A stretch of 64,000 nucleotides of DNA from Candidatus Daviesbacteria bacterium (GCA_016184225.1 JACPDA010000004.1:474763-538762), one strand, 5' to 3'. Positions 1 through 10,438 are shown, counted from the first letter of the stretch. Numbers and translations are program-made. Notes: a model not told the origin generated them from the letters alone.

Positions 1-2
1 AT

Positions 3-320
3 ATGGAGAAGATGGCCAAAAAACAGGTTATTGCGGTAACACCGATCGGCGAGCATTACCATCAGCTTGAGGACGGAAATATCTGGCAGCTGCATTTATG
101 TGCTTTTACCCCGGAGGATTTTGAAGCACGGGGTTATAAAATAAAAAAATACGGCTGGAAATGGCTGCTCGGCGATCACGGCATTGCCCATACTATAACA
201 AATGATCTGGTGAGAAAAGTGTTGTATGTTTTTAACTTCTTTGCAACACCAATTTACTATTATTTCCAGGGCAGCTGTGACTATATTTTTGTCGCCTACA
301 AGGATATGAATGAGAAGTAG
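3..320 (+). CDS. C-terminal part of a gene cut by the window edge, possibly a class I SAM-dependent methyltransferase
   Basis: Open frame from the window start that overlaps the next gene; the VIAVTP strand and 'HLCAFTPEDF' resemble methyltransferase C-termini; glycan-cluster context. Confidence 0.35.
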   Translation: MEKMAKKQVIAVTPIGEHYHQLEDGNIWQLHLCAFTPEDFEARGYKIKKYGWKWLLGDHGIAHTITNDLVRKVLYVFNFFATPIYYYFQGSCDYIFVAYKDMNEK

Positions 321-3300
321 AGGGAATCTTTTAGCGCCAATCCTTTTTGCCGTTATTGCAGCAATTCTTGTCCTCTCCTGGTTTAGGGAGGGTTTTTTGT
401 ACGGCGGAGGCGACGTTGGTATTCCTTCCTATGATCCTAAAAGAATCCTTGACATTGTAAGGTTTGTCTGGTGGTCGTATTCAGCGCCGGGTACAACTGT
501 GCCACAGGGTTTGACTTCGGTTCCTTTCCAATTTGCACAATCCCTACTGGCCGGTTTGGGAATCCCCTATGTATATATCCAGGCGATTTTTTTCGGGATG
601 ATTATTTTCTTAATGGGTTATGGGATGAATTTGCTGGCCGGGACAATTTTTGGAAGAGAGAAAAAAGGTCTGGCCATACTGGCAGGACTTTTTTATCAGT
701 TTAATCCTTATATGATGATCGAAGTCTGGCACAGATTTATCCATAATACCTTTTTTCTGGCGGCTGCCCTGCCTTTTATTTTTATTTTTTGGACCAAATG
801 GATAAGAAACGGGCGGTATAGTTCACTTTTTACATTCCTTCTAATCAGTTTTTTAAGCTCTTATATGTTCGGGACATTAGCTTTTATTGCTGTGATTCTT
901 GTTATTTTGGCATGGATAGCGGTAGTAGAAATTTTGCTGCCCTGGAAGAATTTTACAAATTTTAAAAAGATCTCTACCCGATTCTTTTTTGGAGGGATTT
1001 TTTGGTTCTTAATTCAGGCATGGTGGATGCTCCCCTCTTTTGGGATTGCCCCGGCTCTTCTCTCTGCGCAGCATTCTATAGAAGGTAGCCTTTCAACACT
1101 TCTTTCGATATCCGAACAAACGATTATCCCATACAGCATCTTCGGCATCAATCCTTTCTATTTATATAGCAATGCTGATTTTGGGTCTTCTTATAACTTT
1201 ACATATTTGCGGTTGATTCCTTTTTTTGCTTTACTCTTTCTGATACCCGGTTTTATTAAATCCCTTATGAACAGGACATTATCAGCGTGGGGTCTACTTT
1301 TTATTTTGGGAATTTTTCTGGCAAAAGGCGCAGCTGCTCCTTTTGGCAATGCTTATCTTTTTGGCTTCAGCAATATTTTTTTGCTTGGGGTGCTCAGAAA
1401 TCCTTTTGAGAAGATGGGAATCCTGATTCCCTTTTCAGGTGCAATTTTGTTTTCTTTAGGTGTTAATTTCTATTTCCAAAATCCAAGATTAAGAAAGAAA
1501 AAGTACCTTGTTACCTTAGGAATTATCATTATTCTTACTTTGCTTTTTGGTGTATTTCAATGGCCGGTATGGGCAGGAAAATTGTTTGGCACCTCTCAAA
1601 AACCTGCCTATGTCCAAGTACCGACTACTTATATTGAAACGGATGAATATATCAGGAAGCAGAAAAAAAACGGCAATATTTTGCATTTGCCTTTAACTAC
1701 CGGCGAAGCAGCCACATATTACTGGGAGCATGGATTTAGCGGAGTTGAATCTTCACAGCTTTACTTTAATTCACTTCCTTCTATTTCCAGGGGATTTAAT
1801 ATCGGGTATGTAGATGATGCCTTGTCAGCCCTGTCAACTATATTTAGTCTGCCTGAAGCAAACGATAGCCGGATTATTGATTTGCTTAGGGCATTTAATG
1901 TCCGTTTTATTATTTTACACAAAGATATGGAATGGCGCGGAGGGTTACTGACTAATCCTGATGTTTTGGAGAGCACGCTAAACTCAAAAAATTTTCTTAA
2001 AAGGGAAAAAACTTTTGGGGCCCTCACAGTCTATCAACTGGATGAGAATAACTTTGCTCCCAAGCTCCGCCTTTCCCAGAGTATTCAATATATTAATCCG
2101 GGAAAAGAAAATTCATATTGGCCATGGCTTCTTAAGCAAGATTCGGGAGATCTTGTGAATCCTGCTGACAAAAAAACCGACAGCAATTTAACCAGTCAAA
2201 GCACAGGGTTGCTTGTTTTACCAGAGGTTGCATATTCTTATTCTGACCGCTCAGTTTCCACTAAGGATGCAATAGAAGTACTCGCGGTAACAAAAATTTT
2301 ACCAGATTCACCGCTGTATTTTCTTGTTTCAGCTAAAGAGAATATTAAACTTTTCAGCATGAATCAAACCGAGAAGTTTCAATACAGGATTACTTTAGCC
2401 GGTAAGAGACTGGCTGAAAGCTTCAGAATTAGAGAGAAAAAAATAGGTGCTAATATTGTGCCGCTCCTTCAAAGCTACCAGAAATCCTTGGTTCAATTGG
2501 GAGGACTTGAGGGAGGCGAACACTCTCTTGGTGCCATATTTGCCCGTCATATTTCCGTTTTGGATTATTTGATTTCAACTCTTGAAGGTAAAGAAAAAGA
2601 AGAGGCAATTGACAGCAAAAGAATGCTGACTGCCAAGATGAAGCTTGCCAATTTATTACCTGATTTTGAGATAAAAGAAAACCATGATTTACCTAAAACA
2701 AATCGGTTGATTTCTGCCTTCTTAGTTCCTTATGCAGGCACCTTTGAAGTTTTAATGGCTTTACAGAACGGGAGAAATCTTTATAAGGACGGTTTAATGA
2801 AAATTAATCTGCAGATTGATAATTCTGTCGTTAGTTTACCTGCTTCGCTTAAAGGATCTTTTATATCTTATGGCTATTTGGATTTAACGGCAGGATTGCA
2901 TGAACTAGGTTTTTATTCCGCTCTTTCAGAAAATATGTTTACTGATGCAGGCTTAGAGAAGGAGTTTGAACTTGTATCCCAAAAAGATAAGTCTTCTTTC
3001 TGGGATTTCGAGTTAGAACCAGTCACGGGTGGCGGATGGTATGAGCTTTCTTTTGAATCCTGGATTAAAGCCGGAGATAAGTTTAAAGTTCAACTGATTC
3101 AGGATTCAGATCCCCCTGACGACAGTAATGACGGCAGGTATATGTCCTTTAATAAAAAGTTCAGAAAGAATCCGCAGAAGAATGATTGGAAACGGTATGT
3201 AGAGAATATCAACATTAGACCCTCGACTACAAAAGCAAAAGTCCGTTTTCTCGTTGAATCGCAAGGCAAAACGTCTTTTAAGAATATAGAAATGAAAAGA

Positions 3301-3681
3301 GTGCTTAGAAACCCGCTTTTTCTAAAAACCGCTCTTAAGCAAGGTAAAGCAGAGGAGGGGGCTTTGGAATTTAAGCAAATAAGTCCTGTTCTTTATACCG
3401 GAAGAATCAGTACAATGGGTTCAAAGTTTTTAATATTTGCACAATCTTTTCATCCCGGGTGGGAATTAAAGCTTAATGACGGGACGAAAGAGATAACGCT
3501 TTCACCGAAATACATGGCTAATCTTTATAGCAATGCCTGGTATATTGAAAAGGGTGGGGATTATACTTTTACCCTGGAATTCATTCCGCAAAGGCTGGTT
3601 AAAACTGGAATTATAATTAGTCTGGCAGGTTGGTCGGTAGTTTGTGTGCTTTCGCTTTGGCAGAGATTCAGGAAAGCCTGA
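310..3681 (+). CDS. Giant polytopic membrane protein, GT-C/YfhO/AftD-like, with a DUF5667-like helical insert and a carbohydrate-binding-like beta domain
   Basis: Many N-terminal TM helices, GGGD in the first loop, LRNPFEK motif, LPDSPLYF..KE..RLAE (DUF5667-like), YfhO-like C-terminus FAQSFHPGW..ANLYSNAWYI plus a final TM. Confidence 0.65.
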   Translation: MRSRGNLLAPILFAVIAAILVLSWFREGFLYGGGDVGIPSYDPKRILDIVRFVWWSYSAPGTTVPQGLTSVPFQFAQSLLAGLGIPYVYIQAIFFGMIIFLMGYGMNLLAGTIFGREKKGLAILAGLFYQFNPYMMIEVWHRFIHNTFFLAAALPFIFIFWTKWIRNGRYSSLFTFLLISFLSSYMFGTLAFIAVILVILAWIAVVEILLPWKNFTNFKKISTRFFFGGIFWFLIQAWWMLPSFGIAPALLSAQHSIEGSLSTLLSISEQTIIPYSIFGINPFYLYSNADFGSSYNFTYLRLIPFFALLFLIPGFIKSLMNRTLSAWGLLFILGIFLAKGAAAPFGNAYLFGFSNIFLLGVLRNPFEKMGILIPFSGAILFSLGVNFYFQNPRLRKKKYLVTLGIIIILTLLFGVFQWPVWAGKLFGTSQKPAYVQVPTTYIETDEYIRKQKKNGNILHLPLTTGEAATYYWEHGFSGVESSQLYFNSLPSISRGFNIGYVDDALSALSTIFSLPEANDSRIIDLLRAFNVRFIILHKDMEWRGGLLTNPDVLESTLNSKNFLKREKTFGALTVYQLDENNFAPKLRLSQSIQYINPGKENSYWPWLLKQDSGDLVNPADKKTDSNLTSQSTGLLVLPEVAYSYSDRSVSTKDAIEVLAVTKILPDSPLYFLVSAKENIKLFSMNQTEKFQYRITLAGKRLAESFRIREKKIGANIVPLLQSYQKSLVQLGGLEGGEHSLGAIFARHISVLDYLISTLEGKEKEEAIDSKRMLTAKMKLANLLPDFEIKENHDLPKTNRLISAFLVPYAGTFEVLMALQNGRNLYKDGLMKINLQIDNSVVSLPASLKGSFISYGYLDLTAGLHELGFYSALSENMFTDAGLEKEFELVSQKDKSSFWDFELEPVTGGGWYELSFESWIKAGDKFKVQLIQDSDPPDDSNDGRYMSFNKKFRKNPQKNDWKRYVENINIRPSTTKAKVRFLVESQGKTSFKNIEMKRVLRNPLFLKTALKQGKAEEGALEFKQISPVLYTGRISTMGSKFLIFAQSFHPGWELKLNDGTKEITLSPKYMANLYSNAWYIEKGGDYTFTLEFIPQRLVKTGIIISLAGWSVVCVLSLWQRFRKA

Positions 3682-3690
3682 CAAGTCTAT

Positions 3691-4023
3691 ATGAAGAAGG
3701 TTCTGAAATTTTTCATCATTTTAATATTGGTTTTACCCTTCATTTTTTTCTTTCATACGGGATTTCTGGTTGGTTTTACCGTTCCCAGTTTTCAGGCAGC
3801 CCTTTTTTCGGCGGTATTCGCTTCAGCATTAGTCTGGCCAGTCCTGAAAAGGTATGTTTTTCTGCTTTCGGCTATTTTGATAGTGGGTATAGCTCCGTTT
3901 TATATATTTAATATAATGGATTGGGCTAATATGCTAGGTAGCATGGGAATTGGATTTGTTTTATTGTTAGTATTAAGTTACCTGCCGGATTTTATTAAAC
4001 GAGGCTACGTAGAAAAATTGTAG
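3691..4023 (+). CDS. Small 4-TM membrane protein
   Basis: 110-aa hydrophobic ORF packed between two giant genes; similar to 7307..7615. Confidence 0.7.
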   Translation: MKKVLKFFIILILVLPFIFFFHTGFLVGFTVPSFQAALFSAVFASALVWPVLKRYVFLLSAILIVGIAPFYIFNIMDWANMLGSMGIGFVLLLVLSYLPDFIKRGYVEKL

Positions 4024-4025
4024 TT

Positions 4026-7000
4026 ATGAAAAACTATGCAAAGTATTTACTTCTGTTTACTTTAATAAGCGGATTATTAATCTTCTCCTGGTTTAGGTAT
4101 GGTCATTTATATGGAGGCGGAGATGTCGGTCTGCAAACATATAATCCTCAAAGAATGTTAGAAAATGCAAGGTTTGTTTGGTGGGAATCTGCGGGGCCGG
4201 GGGCAGCTTTGCCTCAAGGTTTATCCGCAATTCCTTTCCAATTTGGCCTTTATCTTTTACAGATGGTAGGATTTTCGCCGGTGGCCATGCAGGCGATTCT
4301 GTTTTTTGTACTGCTGACTTTAATGGGCTTTGGCATGTATCTTTTTGTATCTGCGTTTTTTCCGGGCTCTAAAAAATATCCGCTGGTTGCCGGACTTTTT
4401 TATATGTTTAATCCTTACATGATGATCCAGGTGTGGCACAGGTTTATCCATACCACCATTATTTTTGCAGCCGCCTTGCCCTTTTTAGCTATATTCTGGA
4501 CTAAGTGGATTCAGGAAGGGAAGGCAAGACATCTTTTGTTTTTCCTGCTTACTACCTTTTTGTCTGTTTATGCTTTCGGTACGTATGCTTTTATCCTGGC
4601 AGTCTGGGTTTTTTTATTTCTTCTGACTATTGTTGCCATAGTCCCCTGGCAGGGAAGAGGCCGGGCGGCAAAAGCGGGCTTCCGTTTTTTGTTTGCCTTT
4701 ATAGTTTGGATTTTAATCAATGCCTGGTGGATGATTCCGGTCAGCCAAATCAGCCCGGCAGTTTTATCCGAGCAACATAAAACAGAAGAGTCGTTGATGA
4801 CTTTAATTACTATCAGCGCCCAGGAAATCCTGCCTTACAGTTTACAGCTTGTAAATCCTTTCTATCTTATCAACCAGGCTGATTTCGGCAATCTTTACAA
4901 AAATCCGCTTTTTGAGTTGATACCATGGGTATTTATCTTCGTTATTTTCCTGGGCGTTATAAATTCAATGAAACAAAGAACCTTTGCTTTGTATGGTATT
5001 TTTTATTTATTGGCACTTTTTTTAGCTAAGGGCGCGGCTCCTCCCTTTGGCAAATTATTCATCTTCGCCTTTACCAATATATTTGCTTTGGGAGTTTTAA
5101 GGAATCCTTTTGAGAAGACCGGCTTGATTTTAGTTTTCTTTTCGACGGTGATGTTTGCACTGGGTTTGAAGATATTGTCAGAGAAATTTGTCAGATCTAA
5201 TAAACTATTGGTTGCAGCGATTGTTTTTTTGCTCTTTGTTTTTTCCTGGCCGATGATCTTAGGTAAAGTAATAGGCAGGGTAGATGCGCCGGCTTTTGTT
5301 GAAGTGCCGGAAAGTTATAAAGAGGCAGATCAATGGTTTTTGGAGCAAAGAAAGACAGGTATCCTGGACGGTAAGATTCTACATCTACCCTTAACCGGCG
5401 AAGAATCGATTCAATATAATTGGAAATGGGGTTACAACGGCTTAGAGCCGTCAGACACCTTCTTTACTGCTTATCCTTCTATTTCCCGGGGGTTTAATAT
5501 TCAAAGAATTGATGATGCTTTAAGCGGCTTAGCAGCATCATTTCAAGAGGAAGTGAAAAGTGAGATAATTTTAGGGTATTTGCAGGATTTTAACGTCAGG
5601 TTTATTGTTTTACATAAGGATGTAAACCAGGCAGGAGGAAATTTAGCCAATCCGGAAGATATAGAACAACTTCTTAATAATCTGGATTTCCTGGAAAGAC
5701 AACCGCAGTTCCAGGATTTAGTTATTTTCAAGTTAAAGGATCAATACTTTAGCCCGCGGATTACTATTGAGCATAATATTGATTTACTTTATCCCGGAAA
5801 GGAGAAACTTTCCCTTTGGACGGCGCTGGTTAAAGATCCAACTACCAAATATATCAGCTTAGTTAATAATAAAGACTTAGAAGTGCCTGAAATTAGCGGA
5901 TACAACCAGACGTTTATTTTTCCGAAGGGATCTTTCTTGTATGGAATATCTTCAGACAGCGTTTCTCCTCTTGAACGCTTAAAAAGTTCAGGGCCCTTTT
6001 TTAATCAAACCGGCATGATACAAAGCCTGAATCTCTCGGAAAAAATACTTGCCCTCTCGGCAACTCTTTTAAGCATATCGACAAATCCATCAGGAGATAT
6101 TAGTTCTTTAATGGATGACTATGACAAACAGCTAATGCAAATTCTTCCTAGAGGCATAGAGATTAACCGGTTCCAAATTAGCGGCCAGGAATCACTTTTG
6201 TCAGGCATCTTCAGAATTCATCTGAATACCCTGCAGGTTTTGATTCAACAACCGTCCTTTAATGAGAGCAACAGACAGAAAATTTCTGAAGTCAAAGAGA
6301 AATTGGAAAAATATCTGGTGAACTTAAATATAGCGCCGAAATACAATAATCAAACCGCAGAAGAAAGACAGGTTTTCAAGTTTCAACTTCCGGTTAAGAG
6401 TAACTACGAATTGTTAATGGTTAAACCCGAGACTGCTTCTTTGTTCCCGGACAAACTTGAAAAAAAAGAATTCTTTATAGAAAACGACCGTACTGTATTA
6501 AACGCTTCTGCTTCTCAAAATACAATGAATTTCGGGATGCTGGATTTAGAGGCAGGGGAATTTGAGGTCAGTTATCCGGTCGTATTTTCCGGTAATCTTG
6601 CTTCAGCTACCACCTATACTCTTGAATCCCCATATATTGAGGTGCCTTTAGCAAATATCCGGCCATCGGGAGCATATCGATTTTCCGGCCAGGTCAGGGT
6701 GCAAGGAGATTCCGGATTTTATATTTTATTGTATGAAAACCAAAACCCGCAGCCCAGTTTAAAGGAATTTCTACAGGCTAATCCTTTAGCGGGCTGGCAA
6801 ACATTCCAGCTGAATTTTGAGTCTAAACCTACCACAAAATCTGCCAAGCTGGTTATTGCCGGGGCTCAAAACAGTTTACAATCTAAGGTGTTCTTTAATG
6901 ATATAAAAGTACAGGAAGTTTTAAGAAATACTGTTTTTCTAAAGGGCAGTAGAGGTGAAAGTGTACCTGAGCCAACAGGAGAATCCGTCCGGTTTAGCAG

Positions 7001-7310
7001 ATTAAGTCCGGTTAGTTTCAAAGGAGAGATGCAGATATTAAGCCCCGGCTTTTTATTTTTCAAGGAAACGTTTCATCCGGGTTGGAAGTTGACCCTCAAG
7101 AATAAAGATGAGAGTAAAGTCATGCAAAAACATTTCTTAGGTAACCTGTACGCAAATGCCTGGTATATTGACCAGGCCGGTGAATATGAGTTTAAAATGG
7201 ATTTTGAGCCGCAAAGATATGTTTCTCTGGGAGTCTTGTTAACCGGTGTTGGATTTGCAGCAATAGCCGGTTATTGGCTATTAGGCAAAAACTTAAAAGT
7301 AAAAAAATGA
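4026..7310 (+). CDS. Giant GT-C/YfhO-like membrane protein, paralog of 310..3681
   Basis: Shares blocks LYGGGDVG, FNPYMMIxVWHRFIH, LAKGAAxPFG, GVLRNPFEK, PSISRGFNI and FHPGW..NLYxNAWYI with the first copy. Confidence 0.65.
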   Translation: MKNYAKYLLLFTLISGLLIFSWFRYGHLYGGGDVGLQTYNPQRMLENARFVWWESAGPGAALPQGLSAIPFQFGLYLLQMVGFSPVAMQAILFFVLLTLMGFGMYLFVSAFFPGSKKYPLVAGLFYMFNPYMMIQVWHRFIHTTIIFAAALPFLAIFWTKWIQEGKARHLLFFLLTTFLSVYAFGTYAFILAVWVFLFLLTIVAIVPWQGRGRAAKAGFRFLFAFIVWILINAWWMIPVSQISPAVLSEQHKTEESLMTLITISAQEILPYSLQLVNPFYLINQADFGNLYKNPLFELIPWVFIFVIFLGVINSMKQRTFALYGIFYLLALFLAKGAAPPFGKLFIFAFTNIFALGVLRNPFEKTGLILVFFSTVMFALGLKILSEKFVRSNKLLVAAIVFLLFVFSWPMILGKVIGRVDAPAFVEVPESYKEADQWFLEQRKTGILDGKILHLPLTGEESIQYNWKWGYNGLEPSDTFFTAYPSISRGFNIQRIDDALSGLAASFQEEVKSEIILGYLQDFNVRFIVLHKDVNQAGGNLANPEDIEQLLNNLDFLERQPQFQDLVIFKLKDQYFSPRITIEHNIDLLYPGKEKLSLWTALVKDPTTKYISLVNNKDLEVPEISGYNQTFIFPKGSFLYGISSDSVSPLERLKSSGPFFNQTGMIQSLNLSEKILALSATLLSISTNPSGDISSLMDDYDKQLMQILPRGIEINRFQISGQESLLSGIFRIHLNTLQVLIQQPSFNESNRQKISEVKEKLEKYLVNLNIAPKYNNQTAEERQVFKFQLPVKSNYELLMVKPETASLFPDKLEKKEFFIENDRTVLNASASQNTMNFGMLDLEAGEFEVSYPVVFSGNLASATTYTLESPYIEVPLANIRPSGAYRFSGQVRVQGDSGFYILLYENQNPQPSLKEFLQANPLAGWQTFQLNFESKPTTKSAKLVIAGAQNSLQSKVFFNDIKVQEVLRNTVFLKGSRGESVPEPTGESVRFSRLSPVSFKGEMQILSPGFLFFKETFHPGWKLTLKNKDESKVMQKHFLGNLYANAWYIDQAGEYEFKMDFEPQRYVSLGVLLTGVGFAAIAGYWLLGKNLKVKK

Positions 7311-7615
7311 CTAAAAAGATAATATTCATGTTAATAATTTTTGTCAGCTCTTTCCTTATATTTAATCTGGTGGAATTTGAGTTGCTTAACCAATCTATGA
7401 ATAAATATTTTCAATCATTGATTTTTAGCACGGTTTTGATCATTTCAATTTTTCAACCCAAACTTAGAACGAGATTATTTTATGTATTCTTTTTCCTTTT
7501 ATTTGCGGCAGCATTACTTTATTCTCTGGGCCAGTTATCCCTGTCAAACTCCCTGGCCAGTATAGCTGTCGGCATGGTAACCATTGTTTCCCTGACTTAT
7601 TTACCTAAACTATGA
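7307..7615 (+). CDS. Small membrane protein, paralog of 3691..4023
   Basis: ATGA overlap with the upstream stop; shares FQxxxFSxV and xYLP with the first small protein. Confidence 0.65.
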   Translation: MTKKIIFMLIIFVSSFLIFNLVEFELLNQSMNKYFQSLIFSTVLIISIFQPKLRTRLFYVFFFLLFAAALLYSLGQLSLSNSLASIAVGMVTIVSLTYLPKL

Positions 7616-7767
7616 CTGCTTTCCCCAAATTTTCTTTAGCCTTGTTGTTTGTATCGCTTTTGCTGATGCTTACAAATCATCAGGGGGCAGCGCAAACAGT
7701 ACTTCAAATATTTTTCTGGGTAATAGTAATTAATGTTTTCTTATATATCTATAGCTTAAGGAGATAA
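7612..7767 (+). CDS. Unannotated 51-aa two-helix membrane peptide (MTAFPKFSLALLFVSLLLMLTNHQGAAQTVLQIFFWVIVINVFLYIYSLRR)
   Basis: Read manually; ATGA overlap with the upstream stop; fills the gap exactly; two hydrophobic segments. Confidence 0.6.
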   Translation: MTAFPKFSLALLFVSLLLMLTNHQGAAQTVLQIFFWVIVINVFLYIYSLRR

Positions 7768-7768
7768 T

Positions 7769-10438
7769 ACGATCAAGTTCTTAATCTTTGTTTTAATTTT
7801 TTTAAGTTTCTGGATCTTCTGGCTGCCGGGACCGCGGGTGGCAGCGGATTTCCACCTGGCGGAAAAGTCGGTCCAACTGACAAATCTTTTCCCCTGGGTT
7901 TGGAGAGAGACAGGAGTAGCAGATGGCTTGGGTGAGTATTATCCACTTTCTTTATGGGCTCAGCCCTTACATACATTTTTTGGTCTCCTGGCACTTGGTA
8001 CTATTCCGTTTGAAATCCAGGCAAAAATATTCGGGCTAGTAATTTTAATCTTAGGGTTTTGGGGAATATGGAGATTACTGGATAAGTTTGACCTTGATAA
8101 TGCTGCTAAAAGTGTGGGAAGTATATTTTTCTTATTGAACAGCTTTTTCTTATTACTCTTTGACGGAGGACAACTATCTTTAGCCTTGGCATATGGAATT
8201 TTACCAACGGTTATTCTTTACTTCTTAAAGATTACGGAAACAGATTTATGGAGGGATAAATTTAAGTTGGCTTTTTGGACATTAATTTTATCCATAGCCG
8301 ATATCCGCATTATTTATTTAAGCTTATTAATTGTTTTTATTTTTATTGCTTTCAGGATCCTTACAGGTTTGAAAAGCCCTTTAATCTTTTTTAGAAGATT
8401 ACTATTAGGTTTTAGTATTACCTCTATAGTTTTGATCGGTTTTCATATGTATTGGTTATTACCTACTTTAATCTCCAAACAAATACAGCTTCCTCAGACT
8501 TATGAAAGAACTTCTCAAGTTACTTTTTTAAGCTTTTCCTCTTTGTCCCACTCGCTATTGTTACAACAGCCTCACTGGCCACAAAACGTTTTTGGCCGGT
8601 TAGCCAGTCCCAGGCCTGAATTTGTATTTATTCCGTTGTTAGCATTTTCGGTGCTGATCTTAGCAAAAAGAAATACCACGGTAGCTTTTTGGTTACTAAT
8701 TTCTATTATTAGTATTTTTCTTAGTAAAGGATCTAATGAACCCTTTGGGCAAATGTACTCTTTTCTATTTACCTACGTGCCTGGATTTTCGCTGTTTAGG
8801 GATCCTTCCAAATTTTATTTTCTGACTAGTCTTTCTTATAGTATTCTGCTTGCTTTTTTAGTCCAAGCATTATCAAAAGTCAAGTTCCTTCCAGTCCTAT
8901 TTATTTTATACTTTATTTTTTTGGCAAGGCCTGTATTTTTAGGTCAAATGAGCGGTTTATTTTCCTTTCCTCTTTTTCAAAAAGAATTCGATAGTCTTGC
9001 CGAAAAAATTAAAAATGATGTAAATTTTTCAAGAGTGTTTTGGATACCTGCGACTGCACCAATGGGTTATACCAGTACTTCCCACCCTACGGCTCCTGCC
9101 AACAGGCTTTCGCAAAAGCGGCCTTTTGCTGTGGGAACAAAAGGCACATATGAAACGTTCAATTTTTTAAGAGAGGCTCCTTATATGGGGCAGATTTTCG
9201 ATGTAGCGGGGATTGATTATATTGTTTATCCATATTTGGATCCAAGAAGAGATAATATGCATAAGGATAATATTAGATACTTTTATACTTTTTTGGACCA
9301 ATTATCAAATCGACCCTGGTTATCTAAGATAGAAAATTCTCCAATTCCGCTGCTTAAAACAAAACAACATCAGGAAAAATTCTTTATTACTCCGGATGTA
9401 TGGTGGGTGATTGGGTCGGACAGTATCTATAATGAGGCAACAAAGTCTGCCCAACTTAAATTGTCTAAAAATGCTTTAATCTTTGCTGAAGAGAAAGCAG
9501 GGTTAGGGAGAAGAATTGATGAAATTCCGGAAGCTAAAATTATACTTAACAATAAAACAGGTTTAGATTTAACTGCGAGTTTTATAGATTCAACCCATTT
9601 AGTTTTTCCTGCTAAGAGTTTGGGGTTTGGACCTGACCAATCAGGCTGGTGGAAAAGGGAAACAGCTGATTTGGTTTGGTGGAGGAGCTTTTTGCAGGAA
9701 AAATACGGAATTGACAATCAGGATTTTGATTTAGGGGGAGGGTGGGCAATAGGGGAGGGAAATTTGAAATTTGCTCTGCCGATGGCAGTTTCTTTTGAAA
9801 CAATTAGAAATTTGAAATTAGAGAAAAATAAGGTTTTACTTGCGAGGGTGATGGAGAGCTCAAGGAGCGGAAGTCTTAAATTCTATCAGGATAACCAGTT
9901 AGTTGGAGAATTGTTAACCAAAATTGACGGTGAGACTAATGTCAGGTGGTTTGAAGTAGGTGAGTTAAGCTCTGACAAGGAATTAGAGATTATCTCAGAG
10001 GGAGATATTAATGTGGTGAATGTTTTAGCAGTTTTAGATAAAGACAAATGGATTACTTATCAGACTAGGGCTGGACAACTCAAGGGAAGAATTGTGAATT
10101 TTGATGAAAAAAATGCATTAAGAGATACCAGTCCAGAAGTTACTTATAAAAAAATAAATCCCACGAAATACAAAGTTAAAATTGAAGGCTTAACCGCTCC
10201 GTCACTGTTGATTTTCTCCCAGAATTATGATCAACTTTGGAAGATGAATAACCAGACTCCCCTGCCGGTGTACAGTTTACTGAATGGGTTTAGAGTTGAG
10301 AAAGACGGAGAGTATATTGTTGAATTTAAGCCGCAAAAATATGTTTATCCCGGTTTAGTTATTAGTGGAATAACAGTAACGGTTTTACTGGTACTCTTAA
10401 TAAGATTGCCACCCTTCAACAAGCTCAGGGTAAACTAG
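7769..10438 (+). CDS. Third, more distant giant GT-C/YfhO-like membrane protein; probable start upstream of the track's GTG at 7838
   Basis: FRDPSKF, LSKGSNEPFG and LIFSQNYDQLW..NGF motifs; the frame is open from 7760 and encodes an N-terminal TM helix ahead of the GTG. Confidence 0.6.
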   Translation, partial: TIKFLIFVLIFLSFWIFWLPGPRVAADFHLAEKSVQLTNLFPWVWRETGVADGLGEYYPLSLWAQPLHTFFGLLALGTIPFEIQAKIFGLVILILGFWGIWRLLDKFDLDNAAKSVGSIFFLLNSFFLLLFDGGQLSLALAYGILPTVILYFLKITETDLWRDKFKLAFWTLILSIADIRIIYLSLLIVFIFIAFRILTGLKSPLIFFRRLLLGFSITSIVLIGFHMYWLLPTLISKQIQLPQTYERTSQVTFLSFSSLSHSLLLQQPHWPQNVFGRLASPRPEFVFIPLLAFSVLILAKRNTTVAFWLLISIISIFLSKGSNEPFGQMYSFLFTYVPGFSLFRDPSKFYFLTSLSYSILLAFLVQALSKVKFLPVLFILYFIFLARPVFLGQMSGLFSFPLFQKEFDSLAEKIKNDVNFSRVFWIPATAPMGYTSTSHPTAPANRLSQKRPFAVGTKGTYETFNFLREAPYMGQIFDVAGIDYIVYPYLDPRRDNMHKDNIRYFYTFLDQLSNRPWLSKIENSPIPLLKTKQHQEKFFITPDVWWVIGSDSIYNEATKSAQLKLSKNALIFAEEKAGLGRRIDEIPEAKIILNNKTGLDLTASFIDSTHLVFPAKSLGFGPDQSGWWKRETADLVWWRSFLQEKYGIDNQDFDLGGGWAIGEGNLKFALPMAVSFETIRNLKLEKNKVLLARVMESSRSGSLKFYQDNQLVGELLTKIDGETNVRWFEVGELSSDKELEIISEGDINVVNVLAVLDKDKWITYQTRAGQLKGRIVNFDEKNALRDTSPEVTYKKINPTKYKVKIEGLTAPSLLIFSQNYDQLWKMNNQTPLPVYSLLNGFRVEKDGEYIVEFKPQKYVYPGLVISGITVTVLLVLLIRLPPFNKLRVN

